Source: Cyanophora paradoxa CCMP329
Lineage: Eukaryota; Plantae; Glaucophyta
NCBI GenBank assembly: GCA_004431415.1
Contig: QPMI01000435.1
Span: 248,001-312,000 of the forward strand
Length of the DNA stretch: 64,000 nucleotides
Reading direction: 5' to 3'
Made by a program: the position numbers and the translations under genes. The stretch's first letter is position 1. Each line of letters begins with the position of its first letter. A model generated the notes under the pieces. The model made no database searches. It saw only the letters and a program-made list of their open reading frames with translations, and was not told where the DNA came from. This document shows positions 1-15,000 of the stretch, one piece after another.

Positions 1-3000
1 CATCGACAAGTTGGTGAGCTTGACTCGAACATTCTCAACCTTGCCAGAAATAATGGCTCCACCGCACGCGTCGAGAGTATCTTGGCCAGTGACTACAGGA
101 GCACAGTACAGCTGCGAGCCGTCGCCTTTGTTCACTTCGTAAACGTCTGCGACCCGAATCGATTTGGCCTTCTCCTCGCCGTCCAAAAACACCATGCAGT
201 AGCGTAGCGACCCTGTCGCTTCAGGCCGAAGGCTGTATTCGAGTATCACTGAAGAAACCCTCGGGAAGGCCTCGAGCGACAGTGGGGCTGCTGGCGCTGG
301 GAACCCTGCACGGACCCTCGGCATCAGCGACGAAGTTCGCGTCATGCAGAAGCTCCTATTGCAAAGCCGTCACCGAATACGATGAACGTCGCTTCGAGGC
401 TGTCCAGGCCTTTTCCGTACTTGTTCTCGCAGAACGACACGACGGAGTACGTTCCCGGCGCGACTGGTGTCGGTGTTCCGTCGACGGCGTAGGTCGTCAT
501 CGTCACTGCAGTGACGTCGCCCGCAGCGCGTAGCTGCTCGAAGGACACAACAGCTCCAATTCCCTGCGCATGTGCGATCCCATGTGGCGGAATCATGATC
601 AGCGCGCCCGCCAAAATATCGTTCGGATGTGCACTGACCCGCATGGATTGTGTACCAAATTTCGTGACGACGAGAGTACATGTATATGTGTTCGGGGCGT
701 AAACGAAATACGCAGGAGTTTCAGGTAAGCTGAGCAAAAACGTTATTGAAGATGCATCCGCGCGGAGCCTTTGCGGTGCAGGTGGCGCCAAGGGCGGTCC
801 GTCGGCTGCGCGCGCGTACACCTTAGCGCTACCAGCAAGCATAACAGATCTTGTGGCAGCGCCAGCTGATTACGCACTGTGGAATGTGGCGTGTGGCGAC
901 AGCGGGCTCGATTTAGCTGGGTTTTCGCACTTTGAAAAGAAGCTGCGCACGCCTTCGAGCGTCAGAATATAATAATACTCGGCAAAATAGCCCCGTAACT
1001 TCGGGAGAAGGGGTGCCCTTTTTATAAGGGAGTATCGATGCGCATTCGAGTCAGATATGAGGGCTGGAGGAGCCGGGGAGCGAACGTGTAGGGGGTGTTT
1101 GGCTTGAGGCCCTTCACGCTAACTCGCCGGCCGTTCCTGGCGGTCAAGTCACTCGCAACAACGTGCCCTGTGCATGCAAGCGCTTGTTATTAGAGATATG
1201 CATGTGATTCATCTGGCGTGGAAGCGAAGTAACGATCACCTCGAACGACACTGTTGGAGTCCATGCAGTAGAGGTCGCACTTGCTTATATCAGGAAACAC
1301 AAATTCTTTCTGCAGCTCGATCTGCGCATGCGGTTGAGATGAAGAATCTAGCACCGCGAGCGCACACGAGCAATGGCAAGGAAGCGTGTGTATACGTACT
1401 TGAACCACAAGAATGGAATCACTGTAGAAGAGAAGCGTCGGTCGAGGTGGTGCAACGGGCGGAACTGGAGGGATTGTGAGTGTGTTGAATGAAACGGGAG
1501 TACTGGTTGACACTGTTTCCAGTGCGCCGCCTCTAAGAATTTTGAGCGATGCGGAACACGTGTAGAACGTGTCGGCGAGGATCGAAGACGTCAGCGTGCC
1601 GGACCCAAACGCAAAAGAGGTCTGCGCCGCCGGAATCGTGCCGCTTTGTAGGGCGAGCGTCACTACGGTAGCTGAACCAAGAGTGATTCCGTCCGGCTGA
1701 ACAGTAGCTGCACTGCAAGAGACAAAAATCTCGCCCTCCCAGTCAGTGCACGTTCCGGATTGTAGACCAAAATTAAAGCTTGCGGTGAGCAAGGCGGTTG
1801 AAACGCTGGACGTTTGCAGGAATCCTATCCTTGGCAAGTTGCATGTAAGCAAAGAGAACTGGCTCCGGGCAACGACGAAGGTCCGCTCGGTGCCTGAAAC
1901 ATTGACAGCCCATCGGAGCTTGGCCGAGCAGTTGTAAGACGGCTCTGTGAGGTTTCCGGCACTAAAGCCAACCGAAGCTGTGCGCGTGGGTTGGAGTAAT
2001 GTTGCAGGCTGCACTGCAACAGGCTTTGAGCCGTCAACCGGAATGACTGAATCATTCCCTGACACGGTGCAGGTTACATCCACAATCGCTGATGCAGCCC
2101 ATGTGCCCGTGTTTGCGAGGCTGGCCTGCAGAGAGACCGGGTACACAGAGGCATCGGACAGCACAGACAGCATCGGTGGTTTGCATGAAAAGGAGGCGGA
2201 GCCCGCGAGAGTGCCAACGCGGCCCGCGGAAGCATCAATGGCCAGGTCGAGCGTCTGCACAACTCTCAGCGCCACAACAAGATCTAGATCGAAACCGGCG
2301 CTCGCGAAGTCGGCGTGCGCGCCCTCATCGACTCACCGAGGGTTCGTGAAAAGGCATGCTGAGCGTGGAAGCGACGCTGGACGAATTGGCGTACAAGTCG
2401 CTCGCGTTCATCGCCGAATTCCAAATGCGGAATGCTGCAGCGAGTTCCGGAATATTAATGCTGCATTTGCGGTCCAGGGGAATATAAATACTCTACAATG
2501 ATTGAAACTTACCAGCGACGGTCACTCCTGACAGAGGTTTCTGCACGCGCAAGTAAATGAAGTCAGGAACAACGAACAATCGACATCACAGCATAATCAT
2601 GATCATATAGAATATTCTCACAGGTGCGCCCAGCTCCGTTCCACCGAAATAAGTCTGAACAGCTGCGGTATGAAGGCTGTGAATGTAGCTGAAGTTGGCT
2701 TCCAAAACATCATAGAAGATCCCGTCGATGTAAGACTTAATCTGAGCGGCGGGAGCGTCCGAAAACTCTAGCGTGAGGGTGACGTGGACAAATCTGCCCG
2801 CCTGTATTGCCAAGTACGTATACCGTGTCAGCAACGAATGGCACTGGCTTCTGTCTGTGCTGTTTGTGCGACGCACCGGAATTCCAGCATTGTCGAACAC
2901 GGCCACCGAATTTTCGACTCCAGAATCATCGAAGATGCCCAGGCGAAGCGCGACGCTGCCGGCTTCAACCGTACAGCCCACCGATCCGTCGCACAGTGCG

Positions 3001-6000
3001 ATGTAGAGAGTGCTGACGTTTGGCGATGCTCCGGTTTCAAATATACGCGCACCACCTGCGTCTTGAATGCCTTGGGCAGGAAGCATTAGCCTGCACGCTC
3101 TTAGTGCATGCGCAGCCATCGAAATAAAGGGAAAACGCATTGTCATAATCAGTCGAAGCGCACCAGAAGTCAATACTCGCATTAGAGAATTGACCCCACA
3201 TTCCGGACACATTCAAGTTCCCGGAGCCCGCTCCAAATTGAAGCCCACAGGTTGGCGGAGGTGTTAGAAGAGTGGGACCAGAGCTTGGCGCGCATAGTGG
3301 GCGTTGGGACGTGCATGTGAATTCCAGATCACCGAAAATCTCTGCAAAGAGTCCCGATGTCGAGTTGTCCATAGCCGCTCTAGACGTCTGTGAGCGCGCG
3401 AGGATTAGCGAGGAGGTACCAATTGAACCGGAGCGCGGGACGATAAAGAAGCAGAAACGATGCGCGAGCACACCGGAGCTTCATCGAATTTGTAATACCT
3501 TCGAGTGAGAGGCGCCGTACGCGTAAGTGAACTACGCATATTCAGCACGCGATCATTTGAAACGCACATATACAATTCTCGAGTTCGATATGTGATGCTA
3601 TTACAAAGAAGCCCGTTCTTTGCAATGTTCGCGATCTCAAATGCCGATAGTACCGAACTCCAAATCCGCAAGTCGGCCAGCGTGAGCCCGTGCGGGTTCT
3701 GCACATACCCTTGCCAAGGTTTGTAATGTTGCAGCTGCCGGGATGCGCTTGAGTAAGCAGATCTAGAAGCAAAGGTTTTCATATGCATGCGCAATTTGAT
3801 CGACTGCATGCACCCACGAGCTGCGACCTGTCCCGGTCCATGCCATCTCCATTAGCGACTCCGTTTTCAAGACTGGCCATATGAGCATTATATATGCCAC
3901 GAACCGATGAAATTATGGGTTCGGTTGAACGGTTCAATAGGCGCACTCCCCGTGCCGCCAGTCCGCGCATCTTTGTGCCAGAGCAAGCCAGGGGGATCCG
4001 AAGTGAGCAGATCGGACATTAAGACCGAAACCTCCCGCCCACTGTTCGCAACTTCAGTCAGAAATCGAAATTGGCCGATGCGCTACAGAGCGCACTTGAA
4101 ATAGGCCTTCACAACGGCGCCGCTCCCTTGAGTCGACGAGGTTCCGTTGTAGATCAGCGTTCCGGCGATAGTCGCGTCCAACGTCAGAGCGACGTGCGTC
4201 CAGTTCCCGATCTGAGTGCGAATTTCAGAAGGTGAGCGCAGTTTATAGTTAAGAGGGTGCGTGCGGGTGTGGTGGCCGGCGCCATGGGGTGGGGGAAGAG
4301 GAATGGACGTTCGCACCGGCAAGTATTCGCCGTTCTTTGACCCAATTAACAAGTTGTTGTAGCTTCCTCTTCGCCCGTGGAAGGCTTCTAGGCCTAGGTA
4401 CGACTGGGACCCGGACTGATCATGAACGCAGATCAGTCCAGGTGGAGCTTACGGAAAATGCAGCCGCCTGAAGCGCACCCCGCGAAACCCGATCTGGAAG
4501 CTCGTCTCGTAGTAGTAGTCCGAAAAGTCCAAGAGCCAGACCTGCCAGCTTGGAGTCTGGGCTTCGTCTAATTTTATCCAGAATTCCACGGTCTGCAATG
4601 ATGGTCAGTTACGGCGAAGAGATAAACAACCGTAAAGCTAAGAACGCTCGAGAGGGTTCTTGAACATGAACTTCCCCGTAAAAGGCTCAATTTGCGCATA
4701 TCTTTCGTCCGCATCTGCTGGCATGCCTGTATTTACGACAGGTGCTTTGAAGTAGAGGCCTGCGCTTCGTCGATAAAGGACATGCATTCGAGTGCAAAAC
4801 ATGTGCATGGCGCACCGCACGTTGGTTTCGCGGACATGTCTTCGGCTGTATTCGCCACTCGCACGGGGGTGGAAGAGCATGCCTGGCGCTCCTTTGCGCA
4901 GGTGAACTCGAGGTCTCCGACAGGGGTCGCGTGAATCGCGTAGGGCGATCTGTCGATCGCCAGCCAAGAGGCCTGCACGCGAGGGCGAGGCTCAATTCGG
5001 TTCTTTCGAGGCCCAATGAATGAATGCGAATGCGCACTGGGGGGTCGTCGAATTTGTAATACCTGGAGGGAACAGATATTTAATATAAAGTCACGTGCAC
5101 GGTCACGAAACGAGCGCAGTCGCAGAAACGCAAAAGAGAGCACATGTAGAGGTTGTTCTGGAGCGTCTGGTACGTCGAGCTGCTGCACTTCATCCCTTGC
5201 CGGTAGATGTCGCCCACCTCGACCGGAGTGAGAACCTTTTTCCACACTCGAAAATCTGTCGAAGCAAGCCCTCAGAAAGCGCACGTAAACATGCGCATTA
5301 GTATCAATGAAAACGTCCTTCGAGTACCTGCGAGGTACATATTGTACGGGGAGTACGTGTCCAGCGGTTTTCTGTCCGCCCATGTGCTTCGACCTAAGAG
5401 CAAATTAAGCTCTTGGACGGACAGGATCCGGACAGCTGCAGGGTGTTCGAAATTCACGCAAGCGTACCAATGAAGTTAGTTGTGCGGTTGATGGGTTCGA
5501 TTGGTGCAGTACCCATAGCCGTTGCGAAATGATCTTGGTACCAGAGGACCGAGCCTTTGTTGGTCTTGTACCAGCCGCTTTTATCCCCTTCGTGCGAGCA
5601 TTAACGAATGAAGCTCATAAGAGCTCGAGAAAAATGAGAATAGCTATATAACGGCCTCGAGGAGCTCTAACCGGGGTAAGTGTAGTCTCGATCCTCGAGC
5701 CCGTTGATGTATGCTCGAACAACGGCGCCCTTGCCAACCTCGTTATCGGATGGGCTATCAACCCAGCTCGTCGTCACATCCGTGATTTGCACATCCGTAA
5801 GCGTTTCATCAATCGTTATCACGACATGATTCCACGTGTTGGTCTGTATTAGAGAGGGTCAGGCGGGCCCGTGAGAGACGTAGGGGTTTTATCTCGGTGT
5901 ACTATATTGACTTGCCGGAATGTAGCCGACATAAAGGAAGTTGTAGCCACCGTAGTTGTAACCACTGTATAGATCATTTGCTCTGCCATGAAAGCTCTCC

Positions 6001-9000
6001 AAAACCAAATACATATATCCGCCGTCTACTTCGATACCCAGCTGAAAGCTGTCTTTCAGAAACCCTGACGAAAAGTCAAGCAGCCAGACGCCGTAGTTTG
6101 GAAGCTGATTCTCATTCCATTTAGCCCAGAACTCGATAGTCTGTGCGAGATTTCGAACCCAGGAAAATGCCTGACCGAGGGCAGGCTGGCGCGATCTCAC
6201 CAAAGGGTTCTGAAACATAAATCTGTTCTCAAACGATGGGATCTGTAGGTACCGGAGTCGCGCGTCCGCAATATCGTCTATATCCTGTTTCGTCGGCTTG
6301 AAGAATATTCCTGTGCGACCGGTCGCGGCAGCACTGAGATCAAACCCAGCTGCAACACTGCCTCAAGCTCACCGCAAGTGGGCTTGGCGTTATTGTCGAT
6401 CTCTCGCACTTGAGGCGGCGGTGTCGGTAGTGGGGACGTTATTGGCGGATCGGCCAAGCAAGTCGAGCGCGCGCTTGTGCAGGTGAACACGGGGGGCTGA
6501 GATCCGCCCAGTGTGGCGTCCAGATTGTTTACCGAGCTGTCGAAGCTCAGCACTGCGCCGTGTCTCCAAAAAAATACCCGCAAAAAAATCAAAAACAAAT
6601 CAGAAAACAAACCATTCCCAGTAACCCAATCTTGAATATCAGTAAATCTCAGTAAGCCTCAGTAACAAAAATTTAATTAATCGACGTTATATCATAATCT
6701 CGATTAATTATATCTTATCGCAGTTATATCTTTTTTATGCGCCGTGTCTCCAAAACAATTCCCAAGAAAAACAAACCATTCCCAGTAACCCTATTCGTAT
6801 TCAACAGTAATCTCAGTAAGCCTCAGTAACAAAAATCGAATTTATCGAAGTTATATCTTAAATCTTATTTATCGAAGTTATATCATTATCTCGATTAATT
6901 ATATTTAATCGAAGTTATATCCTTTTTATCCGCCGTGTCTCCCATGAATAACTAAGTAAGTTTAGTTAAAACCTCGAAAGAAAAACCTCTCATTTTTTAC
7001 TGTATTTTTTGAACGATTTTTTACTGTATTTGTTACACTAGAAACAACAATAGAAACGACAATAAAAACAATAGAATTTTAATTGTTTTTGAATCGTATA
7101 TACGTCAATATATCACTGTAATATATATCATATATATCATAGGAAATCGATTTATAGTCAAACCTATAACATATCAATTTGTGTATATGTGATATATATT
7201 CATATATGACGTCATGATGATGATGTATATGTATCTGATATATATGACACACCGGCTTATTCGGGAGATCATGACGATCACGGCGATGTGTATATTGTCA
7301 TGATGTATATGTATATATGTGTGACGCAATCTGATTGGTGTGCTACTTGTTTTGTTGTATCCCCTTCAACTTCTCCCCAGGTTTATATCACAGATAACAT
7401 CTCAGATAATACCTCAGATAATACCTCAGATAATACCTCAGATTATATCTCAGATAATACCTCAGATTATATCTCAGATAATACCTCATATATTAATTTT
7501 AAATTTGCTGGCTTCTGATTGGTTCATGCCACAGAGTAGGGACTTTTCATCAAATGCGCCATAAAATGCGCCATAAAATGCGCCATAAAATGCGCCATTA
7601 AATGCGCCATTAAATGCGCCATTAAATGCGCCATGAAAACCCGGGGAATAAACCATAGTAGGGTATATGATCTCACGGTTCAAGTTTCGCTCACGTTTCA
7701 CCGAAGTTTCGGTAAATCGATTATCGGCATCTTCAAACGCTTGTATCTCATCACCAGATTATGATCTCGCAACGTTCTGCATATCGGTTTGAAGCGCTGT
7801 TTAAGCTCTACGCAACTGTGCAATCCCCACAGTATTTCAAGCTACCTTATTATACAACATTTCTCAAAAATCGACCTTTTACACACTGATTGTGGTCATT
7901 TCTCGCTGAATCCGAGCCATCTGACTCCTTTTAATTGCTTTTCTCTTCACAAACTTCTTAAAGCCCTTTATATCATCATCAGTGAGTACTGCTCTATCAG
8001 TATAGGTCTTGATATCATAACCTTGCAGGCTAGCTATGACAGTTTGGTAATTATAACCCCATAGTCTATGCAATTCCTTGTAGGTCTTCTTATCCAAACC
8101 ACCATTGTACTCATCAAAGGCGCAATTGAACTCTTTCTCGTTCCCAAGAATATTGAAAAATACAACGAACTCCACATTGCGACGAATGGTAGTAGAAATA
8201 GAACACAAACGCTGAACATTAAAGATTACCGAGATTGAATAATGTCTTCCACTCGTTACTAATTTAGATAACACAGCCGAATTATGCATATCCAAATTTG
8301 AACCTATCATGTCATCGAGTATGATAACTAGGTTATTTCGCTTTTCGTTATTCTCAATTCGTTTCTTTTGCATACTGATCAATCTCAAAACAATGTTATC
8401 ATCCCACTCTTCATAGATGTTATCGGGATGGGTGATGTCATTGAATTGTCCAGTAAAAGCTGTTGAACTAAATATAACGATTTGATCGATCTTGTCACGA
8501 AGCTCGTAAAGTAAGTATTTTGTGAACATTGTCTTACCTGTATTGGAGCGACCAACATTCAAAATTCTTGTCGGGATTCGAACCGTCTTACTCGGATCGA
8601 ACTCCGGAATATCATCAAGATTTACTGTGTTATCCATTACAGTAATAAGATAAAAAACAAAATAAAGTACACACCTACAAATAATTGCGCTTCCTACACT
8701 AACAAAAGAAAAGAACTTTAGAAGTTCGAGACTTTCAGGGTAGAGATGTTGTAGCCATTAAGTACCATAACATTGTGTCGGAGGGCATAGATATCAACCT
8801 GAACAGGAGCGGCATCAGTGCATCCGGAAACAGTGAGATCCATGTAACTCGAGCTGCTGTTGAAGAAATCCTGGTAACCCATAACCGAGTTCCGAAGCGA
8901 ATCTTTTCCAGACTTGGAAAGAACAATTCCGTAAACATTTCCAGACTCGAATCCGTACGTGGTATTGCCCACAGTAACACCCTTGTAGTGAGAAGGAATG

Positions 9001-12000
9001 TGATTGACAGCAGAGAGGAAACCGGAAATGGGTTTGTTAGATATATCCAGGGAGCGATTGTTGTGGAAGATCTGGAACTGATCAATCTTAACAGCAGATT
9101 CATGACCGCAGAAATCCGAGTGAGTGTAGGTGTTAAGTTTGTTCACCTCTCGAACAGTCATCAGAATCGAGTGAACCAGACCAGAAACATTAGCGAGTGT
9201 AACCTCAACAGATTCACCAGCATCAGCGGTTTTGAGCGCTCGGGTCTTCTTGTGAATGACCTCTGTGATCGGGATGCGAATGCCACCTTGTTCGTTCGCC
9301 ATTTTAAGGAGTGTCTCAGCCTCAGCCGAAGCAATGTTTACGAATTGGCAGATCAGAGAGCAATCCGCAAAGGTTACAGATCCACCAGCCGGAACTTGGA
9401 CAATCGCAGCATCACGGAAATCAACCTCGATTGTTGGCATATCGGCTAGCGTACATAATGGGAAATAAGCTTCTTCCCAGAAAGCAGCGGGGATTCTAAC
9501 GATGTATTCCATTGCTTCATCTGTGCTTTCACGATCTGTCTCTTTGAAGTAACCGAGAGAAGCATACATGCTGCTCATGGTAGCGTGATCATTATCGACC
9601 AGGGCGTTTACAGTGATCCAATCACCAGGGATAATATACTTGAAACCACCATGAACGAAACGGACCTCATTAATAAAAGAAGAACCACCATTGGGGAGGG
9701 TGCAGGCTACACCACCACCAGTGGCAATCTTGAAATAGAGCGAAACACCAGCAAGGAGTTGCTTGCGAGGTAGATCAAAGTAAGCGGTATTCTTGAAGCC
9801 AAAAGTGTTGCCCCGGGGACGAACTTGCTCGAGGAATGGTTTGTATTTGGGGTTGGTTCCGATTTGGAGACCAGGGGAAAGATAAATTTGATCGGAACCG
9901 GGAGTTACGAGGAGTTCCTTCAGGGTAGTTCCAGTGAGTGCCATCTCTTATGTTTAAAATACCAAAAGAAATTTTTAAAATGCTTTATTAAACAGAATGA
10001 CGCGTTACTATCTCAATATTGATTCCAGGGACCGATCGGATGGAACCCCAACTAATTTCACATACAGACTCCCTTATGCGATCCAAAAGGTCAGAGCCTG
10101 TCGAGTAACGAACTTTGAGATGTTTCACAATCTTTACAACCTCTCTGAAGTAGGAACCCTCACCACACAAACACTCGATAATGCTGGGAACCCAAAGAAT
10201 AGAAACAACGAAGTCCTCCGAGGTGCATATACACCGGATTCACTGGTGAATTATCTGATCGCTCGCATTGGATCCCAGCCCTATAATCAAGCGGGTGGCG
10301 GAACTTACACTCGCCATTTCTATGTAACCTATGATCCCACAACATTGCTTCTAAGGTTCATGTGTGAGGTTCCATTCTCAATCACTATGAACACTCAACT
10401 CTTAGCCAATTTCTGTGGTTTTGAAAATGCTAACACACTGTACCAATCGAGTCCTCTATCATCTAATGTCACAGTTGGAGCCTTTACTTATGCTCACTAC
10501 ATTGATAGTGAAATGCCATTAGATCTACTATTTAATTCCTATTTGCTTCTTCATGTTGATCCACTGAAAGGAAGATATGTGAGCAATAACAAACGAGATA
10601 ACAATGCTATCGCGAAAATTGAGATTGACCAAACGGTTGGCAGTCTATTAAAATATGATTCATCGAATAATTCCATGATCGTTCACGAGCAGAATGGCTT
10701 GGTTGAGGTTGAGACTCTAGATGTGAGACTTTCTTACTGGAATGGAGCCACAGCAGACATTACTACCGACTGGTCGATGACTCTTGAACTGATTACTGAA
10801 GATGATAAAGATCTGACGAAAAAAGCATTGAAGAATGTCATAAAAGAGTTGGAGGGACTCTACCTGCCGTTCTCACGGTCATAGGAAATACTGTAGAATA
10901 AATTTGTTTCAATATTACAAATGGCTCGCAAGACTCAACCCAAGAATTTCTTAGCCAAACCAGCCGCTGAAGCGGATGTTGGCAATGGTGAGAATGGAAG
11001 GAACTGGTATAAGAAATCGAAAGGACTCGCTGCATACGGAACTGGTGACCTCGAAAAGGAAGTCCATAAAGAACGAAACCAATTCACCCAAGCCACTACG
11101 AAAAACAGTAATGATGATAATGCCCTTGTTGACCAAGTCCCACTGAACCGCATGCCCGGAGCCAAACGAGGAATCAAGAAAGGACAGTTCAAATCATCCA
11201 CAAAGGACAAGGTTGCCTCATCATCGACACTGCTGAAACTGCTTGATGGTGGTGAGCGACTCTACTCAACCTATTCCGAGAAAGACCATCGCAACCGCTA
11301 CTTTATTCGTTCAACCACTGGTGGACTGAAATCTGTAACATATCAGTATGCTAAGAGTCTTGTTGATGGTATTGCAGCAGAGACCAAAAACGAAAACAAG
11401 ATCAAGGAACAGCCAATCACAAAGGAAAAGGTTGAGAAGAAACCAGAAGTAACCCATGAAGTTATTCCCGAACCTGTTCATGTGGCAAAAGACTCACCTA
11501 CAGAATTGATTGCAAAGACCATTGAGTATCAAGACTCCAACAAAACGGATTTGCCGGTTCTCAATAAGTCGATCCTTCGGGTTGCCACTTCGCAGGCTGA
11601 TCCAGTCAACTCGATTCCAAATGCTGCCCCAATGGTCTCTGGATTCGCCAAGCTTGGTATAAGACCCGGTTATCGCCGTTAAGGATCAATCTGAATAATA
11701 TAATTTCTCAAACATTGTTAGCGCTACGTAACCAATCCTATCCCGTAGGCTCAAAACTTCTTCATTTTTATGGAGGCGTTGTAGAGCGAAGTGAAATATC
11801 CATAGGTAAATCACTTTAATCACCTGTTCTACCGGGTTCAGTGGTAGAAACTTGCAGCCGACAAGTGAACCTTCTGGGTATCGGTGGCTTTATCATTTTT
11901 CCAGCATCTTCTTTCGTACTGGATGCTCTGCAATCGGGACCAAAATTTGACAGGAGTTTATTCGCTATATACAGACAGAAAAACTACTTAAAGATTTCTT

Positions 12001-15000
12001 AACATATATTAAGAGAGTAGAAAAGGACAACATGCCAATCAGTGAGGCTCAGAAGCGTGCTACTTATCGTTATCGTAAAACTGAAAAAGGTCAGGAATAT
12101 TTGAAAAAGTACAATGCCAGATTTGCAAAGCAAATGCGTGACTTATACCATACTGATGAGTGTTACAGAGCCATGAAGATCGTTGAGAGTTCCCAGCGTC
12201 TCTATGCTTCCAATGCAGTCTGCTTTGTGAAGTATCTCTATGGTGTCCCGTATTCTAACCGTGGTCGCAAATCGAAATATCTCTGTTAATCGTTTTTCTC
12301 AGCGCGATCTGCTCTGAGAAACCCGTGGGAAACGCGCTGGAACCACAAATATAATCATTCTGTTATTTTTAGAGTTCGATGATCGAGCCAACCCTTTGTT
12401 ATTTTTATGAATGCCCTCGACTAAATTTATTTTGTCGGAGACTTTTGGTTTTGCCGGAAAAAATTGACGCGAGTATAAAAGTATTTAAGGAAAACTTTTG
12501 TAGGTATATATTAATAGAGTGAACGAAGAAATGCCTCGCCCTGGAAACAGAATTGCAAATAAGATAAGAGAAGAGATCATTGGTTACATTACCCAGGGTA
12601 GTGTCCATGGAATTCTGAGCGAGGAGCAAGTGAATTACTTTTTGGAAAGGACGATCAACCGCAGGCTCCGCTTGCAATCATTGATTGATATTCGCGATAC
12701 TCTCAATGGTATCATCAATCCTCGTGTGGTCCGCAAGCAAGAGAAGAAGGAGAAGAGGGCTGAGAGAGCCGCTAAGAATGTTGAGAAGCAAAACAAGAAA
12801 GCAGAGCAAGCGAGGGAGCGGAAGCGATTGACTCCTTTCCAGCAGATGATGGCTAACCTTCGTGAGTTTGTTGAAAACTCACCTGGAAACATGGTCACCC
12901 TGAATGTGAGACTCTTCCGTGAGTTGCAAGAGGGCGAACAGGCTCCCGCAAATGCGAACAGAGTGACTGAGAATGGTGTGACCTACATCGAATCGAAGAG
13001 GCTTCGGAACAATCGCCCCTTTGGTATCCAGTGTACCAAGGCAGCTTTTCTGAATGCTCTCGGTCTGGTTCAATCCACCTTCAATACGTTCCCATGTGTT
13101 GAGGGGACTGTCATTGCTGAATTTATTGCAGCAGTTATTGAGTTTAACTCGAACAATCAAGATTTCCGCTACCTAAAACTAATTGAGCAAGATACCTACC
13201 CTGATATTATGACAATTGAAAGAGTCATCACGACAGATAATGAAGAATACATCCCAAGAAATGAACAAGTCCTCAGAGACAATACAAACGCTCCCATGAT
13301 TATTTCGAATTTCATTAAAAACGAAGGGAACCCCCAAGCCACTACATTCAGGGAAGCGGCCGATGGGGGCGGGTGCGGGGGCGCAGGGACTCGCACGGGA
13401 ACAATCGAAAATTGTGGGGGTACTGGAGAAAGGAGCACATCGAGACAAAGTACAACTGGACTTTTAGTACAAAGTACAGGAGCACATTGGTCTTACAATG
13501 GACTTTTTAAGATGGTAAATGGGCGCGACCCTGTTGAAGGAGATGATTGGGGCATTTCTTTCAAGTCCATTTCGGAGAAGGTTCTTGACCCACTGCGCCT
13601 AGGCATGGTTACAATTGGAAAGGACGACAGGACCCCTGTCCCTGAACTGACTTTCCTGCCCAAGACCAGGAACACACACTTGACCCCTTCTGTTGCATAT
13701 GTGAAGATTGAGAATGGTCACATGTATTTGTTAAATCACAATATTAAGGCTCTCACACAGTCCTTCAATGGCTCCAAGCCAAAAGATACCAATGTTCCAC
13801 TCAGTTCTCGTTACAAGATTATAAAGCAAAGAAGGTTCAAGGAGTTTGCCACAAATCCCGATGACATTCTGAGAATTGTCAGGTCTGACAATCCAAAGAA
13901 CCAATCGAGCATTCGAATCTGCTATGGTGGTTCACTGGATGAACTACTCAGAGAGTTCATTGTGGTGCATAATTATCAGGTCCAACCTGGGTTCTCCCAA
14001 ATCGGAAAGGCAACCCATATTCGTTTCACTATTGACGATAAGGATGTTGTCGTGACCCCACCTGGTAACGATACAGATGTGGAAACAGCTTTCGAGATTA
14101 GCTTCAAGAATGCTGAGTACAGAGATAAATTCGAGAAACTAAATCTGGATATGTATAGGTCTCTAATCAACACTTCCAACAAGAGTACTTACAATGAGCA
14201 AACCATAAATGCATTCAAGAATGGAGTGCAGACTGCCCTTCGTGGTCTCTTTGATGTGGATGAGGAGACCTTTGATGAAATTCGCTATAACACAGATATT
14301 TACGAGTTCGATATGTGCAAAGCATACCCTTACATTGTAGCCTTGATGATCAAATTCGTTCCTGTTCTCAGCAAGTTCGATGTCTTCAAGAGTGTGACAA
14401 TCACAGATGCAGAGCAAATCGAGGAATACAGCTTCTATTACGTGAAACTGGACGACAAATACTTTTTCAAAGCCAAAGACAAGAACGGAAAGGAGTACGA
14501 AGCAAACACCTACAACAGATACAAGAGGATGATCATTGATTCCAAGTACAATGTCGTTCCTGGTTTGGTTCTCAAAAAGCATTTCGAGGATTTCAAGGAT
14601 GACATCTCCATCAAAGCGGTTCTGCGACCTTACAAACTCATTCCCAACCTTGCAGGCAACACAGTTGCTCGAATCTTAGATAGCGACCTCGATCCTGTTG
14701 ATAAGAAGCAGATCTTGGTGAGTGCAATTGGGCAAACTGGAAAGCAACGAAATAGCAGAGTGAAAACCACCATTTTCCACAACAGAGACGATGCGATCGA
14801 GTTCCAGAAACAGAACGGAGGGGAGGTTAAAATTTACCTCTTTGGTGAGACTCTTGCCACTTATGAGGAGACAGAGTTCGTTCTGTGTGAGGAAGAGATG
14901 ACCGAACCCCATATCTACTATGTCAATCAGGTAGCAGAAAAGCAGCTCATTGATGGCTTCATGCCATTGTACACTACCCTCTTGTCAATTATGAGGATGT

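Noticed and set aside
977-1031. Functional rRNA gene
   Set aside because: Only about 50 bp; flanks are unrelated to rRNA.
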